Below, in pieces: positions 28,036-35,862 of a stretch of DNA of 35,862 bases (within the stretch, counting starts at the first letter, position 1; every line of letters begins with the position of its first letter). Under the pieces are notes generated by a model, which ran no database searches, was not told where the DNA came from, and was given only the letters and a program-made list of their open reading frames with translations. Made by a program: the position numbers and the translations under genes. Source of the stretch: Candidatus Micrarchaeota archaeon (GTDB lineage: Archaea; Micrarchaeota; Micrarchaeia; Norongarragalinales; SBBD01); assembly GCA_038046605.1 (NCBI GenBank), contig JBBSVW010000010.1, positions 1 through 35,862 on the forward strand, in the 5' to 3' direction.

Positions 28036-29811
28036 ATGGCTAAGAGGAATCCTGTGTCCAAAACGAACTATTGGTTCATAATTGCATGCGTTGCAATTGC
28101 ATTGCTTGCAGTAGTTGCATTCTCATCGTGGAAAAACTACCAGGCGCAAACAAGTTACAAGGCGGATTCCGATTACCGGGCAGGGAACCTTTATGGGCAG
28201 GCGATACCGACCAAAAAGCCAATTATTGTCCAGCAGTGCTCGGATGGCACATTAGTTGGCAAATGTTCAGCTAACAAGCCCTATTTTTGCAATTCACAAA
28301 AGCAAAAGGTTGCTGATTCCGTCAGATGCGGATGCCCAGGTGGCCAAATACCAGTTACCGGAGGAGGATGCAGCGCAGTTGCTCCTTATGAGATGAAAAC
28401 CTACATTGAGGATGATTTGGATTACCAGCTTGACCGCGTTCGATATACGACCGGTGGTTCTAGATTTTACACGCAGGATAGCTCATTTTGGCCAGGCGTT
28501 GGTCCCAAATACTTGACAGCAGATAGTGCTGCTGCCTTGGCGTTGCCAAATAACGGCATTTTGTATACGGATCCATCAATTTCCTTTAACGAGGTCCAGC
28601 ACGCGATGTTATTTGCGTATACTCATTATGATACGACCTCTAAAGCAGTTCAAGCACAATATGCTAAGACCGGCTATGAGGCTGTATTTCAGCCCGGGCT
28701 TCCACTTTGCCTGGATACCACAAAATCCGTTGCCAATTGCCCTTCATCCAGCCTTCTAAAGAATTCTAACGTGAAAATATGGCTTCTTGGCTCTTCTTGG
28801 TATGTGCGCGATGTACAGTTATCAAATTATAACATAACGAACATGACCTTGGTTAGAGAGGATGGTAAGACACTAAAGCTTAGCGAAAACAAGGAAATCG
28901 AGGTCATAGGGCAATCAGGATCTGCAAAGAATTGGAGGGTGAAATTCATTTCATCCTTATATCCGAATTCGTATGTGACGGAATCGGTCTATGCGATCCG
29001 CATTTACAATGACATTGACCAGGTCTACAAGACTCCAATAACCCAAACCTTGAATCCTGGCGAGGCAATATTGATAATAAAGTACCCTGCCGGCTATCGG
29101 TTAAATTACCTTGGGATGGAATCAACCGATTATGATTCTTTGCAATTTTCTGTGCAAAGAGTGCAAACTTTCACCAACACAACGGGAGGAACAGTCACAG
29201 GAAACTTCATGTATATCCTCTCAGGCAAGAGCAATGCGTTCCAATACAATGGCGTGAGCAGGCCGGATGTATATGTGCTGCTTGAGCCATTCCAATCATG
29301 GCATAAGGTGAATTCGGTATGGTACCTTGACAACAACGGTTACCTGGCAAAAGCGGGCGCTTCAGTTGTTGGCCAGGTAGTTTATCATTACAAATCCGAT
29401 GAACAGGCCTTCATCTTCATCAACTCAACCAACTCCACCGGCGGGTTCCTTGGACAGTTGAACTGGACGATTATCCAGATTCCCGAGATCACAGAGGATG
29501 GAGGTGGCACATCTGCCTATCCGACAACAAACTGGCATATAAATTTCGTTTACGACAAAAACCTGGACCAATTGGTAAACAGTCCACAAGCACCAGTTTC
29601 GGATAAAGTGGGATACAGCTTTGGGGGCAATATTTACTTGGGAACCCAGGAACCGGGCTTTGTGACAAACCGCGGAACCATATTCCAAGCCTTCTCTCCC
29701 ACATCCGCCTCATTTGGCTATCCATTGAATGTCGTCCATGCGCGCTACACCCTCCAATACTACGGCGATGACATCGTATGGGTACCGGGCGGTTATGTCA
29801 ACCAGAAATAG
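28036..29811 (+). CDS. Membrane-anchored surface protein, S-layer-like, with Cys-rich N-terminal module
   Basis: aggtga RBS; N-terminal TM; CSDGT..GKCS.NKPYFC...CGCP...C; Asn/Thr/Tyr-rich with several NxS/T sequons. Confidence 0.75.
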   Translation: MAKRNPVSKTNYWFIIACVAIALLAVVAFSSWKNYQAQTSYKADSDYRAGNLYGQAIPTKKPIIVQQCSDGTLVGKCSANKPYFCNSQKQKVADSVRCGCPGGQIPVTGGGCSAVAPYEMKTYIEDDLDYQLDRVRYTTGGSRFYTQDSSFWPGVGPKYLTADSAAALALPNNGILYTDPSISFNEVQHAMLFAYTHYDTTSKAVQAQYAKTGYEAVFQPGLPLCLDTTKSVANCPSSSLLKNSNVKIWLLGSSWYVRDVQLSNYNITNMTLVREDGKTLKLSENKEIEVIGQSGSAKNWRVKFISSLYPNSYVTESVYAIRIYNDIDQVYKTPITQTLNPGEAILIIKYPAGYRLNYLGMESTDYDSLQFSVQRVQTFTNTTGGTVTGNFMYILSGKSNAFQYNGVSRPDVYVLLEPFQSWHKVNSVWYLDNNGYLAKAGASVVGQVVYHYKSDEQAFIFINSTNSTGGFLGQLNWTIIQIPEITEDGGGTSAYPTTNWHINFVYDKNLDQLVNSPQAPVSDKVGYSFGGNIYLGTQEPGFVTNRGTIFQAFSPTSASFGYPLNVVHARYTLQYYGDDIVWVPGGYVNQK

Positions 29812-29965
29812 GCCTTTTCTTTTATTTTTTATACTCGCTAGCGTAAGCAATTGAAATTAAATTGGTTGGGGCTTATTTTTTCTTGATTTTTCAATCAATT
29901 GCATCTGGTTTTTTTCCAAACCAACCCATTTAAAATCAGCGATTCGATAAATTATTCCTGATTCT

Positions 29966-30889
29966 ATGGTTTTGCTTGAAACTAACCTTTGCGGCCACAA
30001 ACTCTCCAACCCGACAGTGCTCGCCTCCGGCTTTTTGGGACTTGATTGGGCTTCCCTTGATAGGGTTGCCAAATCTGGAGCAGGCGCAGTTACCACCAAG
30101 AGCTGCAATTTGGAGGGAAGGGAGGGCTACAACAACCCTACGGTGCTTGCAAATGAGGATTTCATGCTAAATGCCATTGGCTTAGCAAATGCCGGCGTGG
30201 AAAATGAAATTGAGGAGCTAAAAATATTGAGGAAGAAAACAAAGGCGGTCATCATTGGCTCCGTTTTTGAAAATTCCCCCGAAAGGTTTGGGGAAGTGGT
30301 AAATCGCATTTCAAAAGGTTCGCCCCACCTAATAGAGCTCGATCTTTCCTGCCCTCACCTTGGCGGGAAGGGATTCGAGAAGTACCACGATTTCGCCTCC
30401 GATCCGGTTTTGATTGGGGAAACGGTTAGGGTGGCGAAAAAGAACACAAAAATCCCCATCTTTGCAAAATTATCCCCAAATGTCCCGAACATAGCGGATT
30501 TGGCGGTTGCGGCGCAAAAAGCCGGCGCGGATGGCATTACCGCAATAAATACGACTGGGGGAATGATGATTTCCGCCGAATTCAAGCGGCCAATCATTCA
30601 CAATAAATTTGGGGGCGTTTCGGGCCCTGCAATCAAGCCAATTGCCCTTAAGTGCGTCTACCAATGCTATGGGGCGGTAAAAATCCCAATAATAGGAACC
30701 GGCGGCATCACAAACGGACTTGATGCAATAGAAATGATGATGGCGGGCGCAACTGCAGTCGGGGTTGGCACTGCCACCTATTACCGAGGAATTGGTGCCT
30801 TCAAGGATATTTGCAGGGAAATGGAAATCTGGATGGAAAAAAATGGCTACAATTCAGTTAAGGAGCTGATTGGCGCTGCGCATGGGTAA
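29966..30889 (+). CDS. pyrD: Dihydroorotate dehydrogenase B, catalytic subunit
   Basis: NAIGL.N, LSCPH, KLSPN, AINT, GGVSG.AIKP, IIGTGGI. Confidence 0.95.
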   Translation: MVLLETNLCGHKLSNPTVLASGFLGLDWASLDRVAKSGAGAVTTKSCNLEGREGYNNPTVLANEDFMLNAIGLANAGVENEIEELKILRKKTKAVIIGSVFENSPERFGEVVNRISKGSPHLIELDLSCPHLGGKGFEKYHDFASDPVLIGETVRVAKKNTKIPIFAKLSPNVPNIADLAVAAQKAGADGITAINTTGGMMISAEFKRPIIHNKFGGVSGPAIKPIALKCVYQCYGAVKIPIIGTGGITNGLDAIEMMMAGATAVGVGTATYYRGIGAFKDICREMEIWMEKNGYNSVKELIGAAHG

Positions 30890-30913
30890 AAAGAAAAACA
30901 GCTGATTGCTAAA

Positions 30914-31726
30914 ATGGAAAAATCTGTCACATCCGGCTACAAATTCCCCCTCAAAATACCTATTCCCTTCACCATCTCCAAAATAGAAAAGGAGAATTAC
31001 CGTGTCAAAACCTTTTTCTTCAAGGAATCCCTTCCATCGCTCCCCGGCCAATTCGTGATGATATGGCTCCCCGGAGTTGATGAAAAACCCATGAGCATCA
31101 ACTACGGCAATCCACTTTCGATTTCATTTGCTGCTGTTGGCAATTTCAGCAATGCACTTTCAAATTGCAAGGTGGGGGATAAGGTTGGTGTTTCGGGCCC
31201 CTATGGCACTGCCTTTGGGTTGAACGGAAAAAACATCCTTCTGGTGGGCGGAGGCTATGGCGTTGTCCCTCTCCGCTTCCTTGCGCAAAACGCAAAAAAG
31301 AACGGCGTCAAATGCACCGCAATTGTGGGGGCCAAAAACGAAAAAGACCTGCTTTTTGAAAAACGCCTCGAAAACGAGGGATGCGATGTGCATCTTTCAA
31401 CTGATGATGGAAGCAAAGGCTTCAAGGGAACTGCGGTCCAATTAGCCAAACAATTGATTTCAAAGCAAAAATTCGATGCCATTTATTCCTGCGGGCCCGA
31501 AAAGATGATGTTTTACCTCTCAAAATTGGCGCAAAAACGCAAAATCCCCTGTTTCGTTTCCGCAGAAAGATTCATGAAATGCGGCATCGGCATCTGCGGC
31601 GCTTGCACAATTGGGGGGCTTATGAGCTGCAGGGACGGACCGGTGATGGATTCCAGGCTGCTTGAAAACATTGAGGATTGGGGCAAGTTCCATCGCGGAA
31701 AAGGGGGTAGGAAGGTGAAATGGTGA
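30914..31726 (+). CDS. pyrK: Dihydroorotate dehydrogenase electron transfer subunit
   Basis: PGQFVMIW, GPYG, GGGYG, CGPE, MKCGIGICGAC...C.DGPV. Confidence 0.95.
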   Translation: MEKSVTSGYKFPLKIPIPFTISKIEKENYRVKTFFFKESLPSLPGQFVMIWLPGVDEKPMSINYGNPLSISFAAVGNFSNALSNCKVGDKVGVSGPYGTAFGLNGKNILLVGGGYGVVPLRFLAQNAKKNGVKCTAIVGAKNEKDLLFEKRLENEGCDVHLSTDDGSKGFKGTAVQLAKQLISKQKFDAIYSCGPEKMMFYLSKLAQKRKIPCFVSAERFMKCGIGICGACTIGGLMSCRDGPVMDSRLLENIEDWGKFHRGKGGRKVKW

Positions 31727-32131
31727 ATGCCTCAAGAAAAGGAGCAGCGGCAAGCACCCTCCCTGAAAAATGTAATCTACCGGATCAGCAAAAGCGATAT
31801 GCCACTTTCACGAAGCGCAATCTATGAGATGCTAAACGCGGAGGTAAACCGCGCAGGGGTTGAAGTTGCGCCGGTTGCTTTGGTTAATGCGCCTTTATCC
31901 CTTCTCCTTGCCATGCTTAGGCCAAAAGAGAAGCATGTGGAAAAATTCCTGACCCTAATGGCGCATGCAAACCTTAGGGATGCGGGGGGAATCCGATCAA
32001 ACCCCGGCAGGGCAAAATTCGTCAATTTCGTCTTTTCGGGAGTTGCCTTGAAGGACCCTGATGCATACATCAAAACCTTTGTCCGCCAAGGCATGCTCGA
32101 TTACCTTAGGCGTGTCAAAAAAGAAGGGTAA
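31727..32131 (+). CDS. Hypothetical protein within the pyr cluster
   Basis: 134-aa ORF abutting the pyrK stop; no motif recognised. Confidence 0.6.
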   Translation: MPQEKEQRQAPSLKNVIYRISKSDMPLSRSAIYEMLNAEVNRAGVEVAPVALVNAPLSLLLAMLRPKEKHVEKFLTLMAHANLRDAGGIRSNPGRAKFVNFVFSGVALKDPDAYIKTFVRQGMLDYLRRVKKEG

Positions 32132-32157
32132 TAAATAGCCCAGCCGAAAGCTTCCTT

Positions 32158-33510
32158 ATGCTTGTCAAAAACGGCACCATCGTGAATGCAAAGGGAATGC
32201 TAAAAGCCGATATTTATTTGGAGCTTGGCAAGATCCGCAGGATTGGCAAAAACATGAAAATGCAAGGAGAGGAAACTATTGATGCTAGCGGCCTATTTGT
32301 GCTTCCTGGGATGGTCGATGCGCACGTCCATTTGAGGGATTTCCGCGAGGTTTCCAAGGAGGATTATTTCACCGGCACTAGCGCAGCCCTTGCCGGCGGG
32401 GTTACCTCTGTAATCGACATGCCAAACAATTCCCTTCCAACCATTTCCATGCAAAATCTGGAGGCGAAAAAATTTGTTGCGGGCAGGAAAGCGGTTTGCA
32501 ACTACGGCTTCCATTTCGGGGCAACGCCGGATAATTTCGAGGAGGCAGCAATTGCAGCAAGGGACCCATCAATTGCCTCCCTCAAAATCTATATGGGCTC
32601 TTCCACCGGATCGCTTTTGCTGGATGATTTCTCCGCGCTCTACTGCCATCTTGCATCTTTCAAGAAAACCATCACATTGCACGCCGAGGACGAGCATGCA
32701 ATTAGGCATTTTTCAAAGCAGCATGGCTTAATGGAAAACGAGGAAGACCTACGTGGCGCAAAGCATACTAAGGCAACCATCCACTCAAAAATCAGAAATG
32801 AGATGGTTGCAGAATTAGCAGTCACGAGGGCGCTTTCGGCAGCGTCCAAAACATCGGCAAAGCTCCATTTCGCCCACGTTTCCACGAAAAAGGAAGTGGA
32901 TTTGATTTCGGCGGCAAAACGCAAGAAAATGCGAATCACCTGCGAAGTTTCCCCCCATCACATTTTCCTCGATGATTCGCTCACTAAAAAACTTGGAAAT
33001 TTCGCGAAAGTAAATCCTCCTTTAAGGGGCAAAAAAACGGTTTTGGAGCTTTGGAGCGCCCTCAAATCCGGAAAAATCGATATTTTGGCAACCGACCATG
33101 CGCCACATTTGAGGGAAGAAAAGGAATTGGGCTATTGGGAGGCGCCCTCCGGGATGCCCGGACTTGATACTGCATTGTTGCTCATGCTGGATGCAGTTAA
33201 CAAGCGCCGCCTTTCCCTGCAAAAGGTTGTTTCCCTCTACTCGTACATGCCATCAAAGGTTTTCAAAATCTACAATAAGGGCGAAATTGCAGTTGGGAAG
33301 GATGCGGACTTGGTTCTTGTGGATTTGAAGGCCAAAACCAAAATCTCGAAAGAAAAGCTGTTCACAAAATGCGGCTGGAGCCCATACGAGGGAACGCAAA
33401 TTCAAGGGGCAATTAGGCGCACCATTCTTGCCGGAAAAACCGCATACGATGGTGAAAGCGTAATTTCAAGGATGGGCGAAGGGAAAGAATTGAGGTTTGG
33501 GAAAATTTAG
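32158..33510 (+). CDS. pyrC: Dihydroorotase
   Basis: DAHVHLR, GGVT..DMPN, CEVSPHH, KVNPPLR, ATDHAPH; pyr context. Confidence 0.92.
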   Translation: MLVKNGTIVNAKGMLKADIYLELGKIRRIGKNMKMQGEETIDASGLFVLPGMVDAHVHLRDFREVSKEDYFTGTSAALAGGVTSVIDMPNNSLPTISMQNLEAKKFVAGRKAVCNYGFHFGATPDNFEEAAIAARDPSIASLKIYMGSSTGSLLLDDFSALYCHLASFKKTITLHAEDEHAIRHFSKQHGLMENEEDLRGAKHTKATIHSKIRNEMVAELAVTRALSAASKTSAKLHFAHVSTKKEVDLISAAKRKKMRITCEVSPHHIFLDDSLTKKLGNFAKVNPPLRGKKTVLELWSALKSGKIDILATDHAPHLREEKELGYWEAPSGMPGLDTALLLMLDAVNKRRLSLQKVVSLYSYMPSKVFKIYNKGEIAVGKDADLVLVDLKAKTKISKEKLFTKCGWSPYEGTQIQGAIRRTILAGKTAYDGESVISRMGEGKELRFGKI

Positions 33511-33549
33511 CCTTCTAAATCCTTATCAATCCAGCCAATAAATTTGCCA

Positions 33550-34803
33550 TCATCCCGCCCCTTCCTTTCTCCCCCTGGGCGTTATGTGGCTCGCGACAAT
33601 AATCCGCTGAATCTCGTTTGTACCCTCAAAGATCTTGAATACCCTTGCATCCCTCCAAATTACCGTAATTGGGTGACTATCATCCATTGCGACCTTCTGC
33701 CCTCCGACCCGCAGTGCAAGATCCGCAACTTGATTCAAGCCTTCAGTTACAATTTCCTTCGTAGTCGCTGCTGCTATTGAAAAATCGGATTTGGGGTATT
33801 CGGCAGCTACGGTATAAACGTGCCGCCGCATATTATCTATTATTCCGTGCATCTTTGCTAAATGCCCCCTAATTGCCTCCTTTTCATGACTGTGCATGGG
33901 TGCATCCCTGACATGCTTTTCATAATGCAATATCGCCTCGTCATATGCGCGCTTTGCCATTCCGAGTGCAATTGCGGAAAGCGTGACGCGCGCCCTTTCC
34001 AAAGGCACTTTTGCGCCTTCGAACCCCTTTCCCCTGCCCTTTTTTTCTCCAAGCACAAATTCTTCGGGCAATCTGGTATCCTGGTACGCAAAAACACTGG
34101 TATGCGAGGCCCTAAGCCCCATTTTGTCCTCGGCGGCCTTTGCGAGGTAGGCGCTAACATTTGGCACAATTATTGCAGAGTGGCTGAATTTTGTAGGGTC
34201 GTTCCGATGGGGCGTCCTGGCGAAAACCACGCCCATTTCCGCCAGCTTTCCGTTGGTCACGAATATTTTTTCACCATTGACCAAAGCACGCCCTTTACTG
34301 AAGGTGATGCTTGTCCGTATGCCCTTCGAATCGGATCCTGCGCCGGCTTCAGTTAGTTGAAAAGTGCCAATCCTCCCCGCAGCCAGTTTGGGTATCCAAT
34401 GGCGCTTTTGCGCATCCGTGCCCAAATTTAATATGGTGTTTGCGGTCAGGCCCGAAGAAACGCCGACAAGCAATGCAACGGATGCAGATCCGTAGCCCAA
34501 TGCCTCATCCCTAATGCAAGCGCCAATCAATCCATTGCCATCGCCTCCATACTTTTCAGGAAGGCCCATGCCAAATACGTGCTTGTTGCGAAGCTCATCT
34601 ATAATTTCATCCGGAATCCTTTCCTTGGAGTCCATATCGGATAGGTGCGGTGCGACTACGGCCCTTGAAAATTTATTGACCCGATCGTAGAGTTGCCTTT
34701 GAGAAGGGTTGAATATCCTCTCATAAATTATGTCCCGTTGACGCGCTTTGGCCATTTCTTTAACCCGGCTAGTTTCTGATTGCATTGGATGTTCTAATGC
34801 CAT
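33550..34803 (-). CDS. Acyl-CoA dehydrogenase family protein
   Basis: LTEAGAGSD, NGEKIFVTNG, KMGLRAS.T, WRDAR..KIFEGTNEIQR. Confidence 0.92.
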   Translation of the reverse strand: MALEHPMQSETSRVKEMAKARQRDIIYERIFNPSQRQLYDRVNKFSRAVVAPHLSDMDSKERIPDEIIDELRNKHVFGMGLPEKYGGDGNGLIGACIRDEALGYGSASVALLVGVSSGLTANTILNLGTDAQKRHWIPKLAAGRIGTFQLTEAGAGSDSKGIRTSITFSKGRALVNGEKIFVTNGKLAEMGVVFARTPHRNDPTKFSHSAIIVPNVSAYLAKAAEDKMGLRASHTSVFAYQDTRLPEEFVLGEKKGRGKGFEGAKVPLERARVTLSAIALGMAKRAYDEAILHYEKHVRDAPMHSHEKEAIRGHLAKMHGIIDNMRRHVYTVAAEYPKSDFSIAAATTKEIVTEGLNQVADLALRVGGQKVAMDDSHPITVIWRDARVFKIFEGTNEIQRIIVASHITPRGRKEGAG

Positions 34804-34886
34804 CAGATTAAGAAAACAAACTTTTAATAACTTTAATCGGGAATCCTATCTATCTGAAATCAATCAAAATGGGGGGGTGTGGTTTT

Positions 34887-35642
34887 ATGGAATTCTCATT
34901 CAAGGACGCCAAATTCTTCAAGCAGTGCCTGGACGCCTGCGGAAACCTGATCGATGAGGGCAGCTTTGAGATCACCAAGGAAGGCATTCACCTTCGCTCG
35001 CTTGACCCTTCGCAAATCGCAATGGTTGATTTCAAGCTCCCCAAGGGGCATGCGTTTGCCTCCTATGATGTCGAAGATCCAAGAACCTTATCCGTTAATT
35101 TGCAGGATCTTTCGAAAGTCATCGCAAGGAGCAAGGGTGCCGAGAAGGTGAGCATAGGTTTTGATGAGAAGGAGGGAAACCGCCTCCAGATTGAATTCGC
35201 CGGGGATGCAAAACGCTCATTCAAGCTGCCGCTTCTTGATTTGCGCGAAACTTCCATGCCAAAAGAGCCAAAGGTGCAATTGGAAACTTCTGTTAAGATC
35301 AGGGCCGGAAATTTCAAGGAAATGCTAAAGGACGTGGTGCTGGTTTCATCCCACCTGCAAATGGAAGCGAACGATCACATGTTCAATATCGAGGCGCACG
35401 GCGATTCAGGCGACCTAAAGGTTGAAAATTCAAGCAAGACGCTCAAGGATTTGGTAGTAACGGCGCCAACCATTACAAAAGCGATGTATCCGGCTGAATA
35501 TCTGGACAAGATGACGCGCGCAGCAGTTGATAATGAGCCCCTTCACATCGAATTTGGAAACAACAAGCCCATCCGGCTCTCCTACAAGATCGGGGAGGCG
35601 GAGTTCGTGTTCTTCCTGGCGCCAAGAGTTGAAAGCGCGTAA
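34887..35642 (+). CDS. pcn: DNA polymerase sliding clamp PCNA
   Basis: LDPSQIAMVD, C-terminal FFLAPRVE; start moved to ATG 34887 after gggtg RBS. Confidence 0.95.
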   Translation: MEFSFKDAKFFKQCLDACGNLIDEGSFEITKEGIHLRSLDPSQIAMVDFKLPKGHAFASYDVEDPRTLSVNLQDLSKVIARSKGAEKVSIGFDEKEGNRLQIEFAGDAKRSFKLPLLDLRETSMPKEPKVQLETSVKIRAGNFKEMLKDVVLVSSHLQMEANDHMFNIEAHGDSGDLKVENSSKTLKDLVVTAPTITKAMYPAEYLDKMTRAAVDNEPLHIEFGNNKPIRLSYKIGEAEFVFFLAPRVESA

Positions 35643-35650
35643 GTGAATGT

Positions 35651-35862
35651 ATGGTAAGGCGATTGCCTGTCACACATGGGCCGATTATTCCGCTCCCTAC
35701 GGAACGAGGGGCAATATTAGAGCATCTTCGTGCCAATGACCATCGTTTTGCGCTGAGAATCGCTCCCGATTTAATTGATACGTTAGAAGGCTATGAGTGC
35801 CGAGATCTTTTCAAGCATCCTATTGCTCACGTTCCCCAGCGGAGGGGGGCTAAGGCGGGGGC
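35651..35862 (+). CDS. Partial hypothetical ORF running off the window end
   Basis: MVRRLPVTHGPIIPLPTERGAILEHL... open to the end of the sequence. Confidence 0.5.
   Translation, partial: MVRRLPVTHGPIIPLPTERGAILEHLRANDHRFALRIAPDLIDTLEGYECRDLFKHPIAHVPQRRGAKAG

Noticed and set aside
1-35862. tRNA, rRNA, SRP/RNase P RNA and CRISPR arrays
   Set aside because: No T-loop in a cloverleaf context, no conserved RNA signatures and no regularly spaced repeat-spacer units found by eye; a covariance scan could still find divergent RNAs

Overview
Archaeal chromosomal window, probably a DPANN archaeon of Micrarchaeota type (inferred from PCNA, prefoldin beta, PriL, GGGP synthase, ScpA, a TadC-like protein, GGTGA/GGAGG ribosome-binding sites and TTTATA boxes). 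Most genes are housekeeping: DsbA, split transketolase, glyoxylate reductase, ZIP/OPT/CPA2 transporters, type II pantothenate kinase, YggS, pyrD-pyrK-pyrC and acyl-CoA dehydrogenase. No tRNA, rRNA or CRISPR array was seen. Main signals not explained by the ORF track: (1) a 1673-bp non-autonomous cargo transposon (26296-27968) with terminal inverted repeats (TIRs), a perfect 9-bp target-site duplication (TSD) and a transposase C-terminal remnant, carrying an AbrB-like microprotein, a Ser-Asp-His ClpP-fold protease and a 54-aa peptide; (2) a 222-bp MITE of the same family at 11208-11429; (3) dispersed, nested hairpin elements with compensatory base changes (~12.8, 15.65 and 19.7 kb); (4) a wHTH + nucleotidyltransferase + DUF2283 operon (type IV toxin-antitoxin-like) with a palindromic operator; (5) a secreted protein patterned like an outer-membrane beta-barrel; (6) tandem IS630-type mini-MITEs and several uncalled microproteins. 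All family assignments come from recalled motifs; no database search was run.
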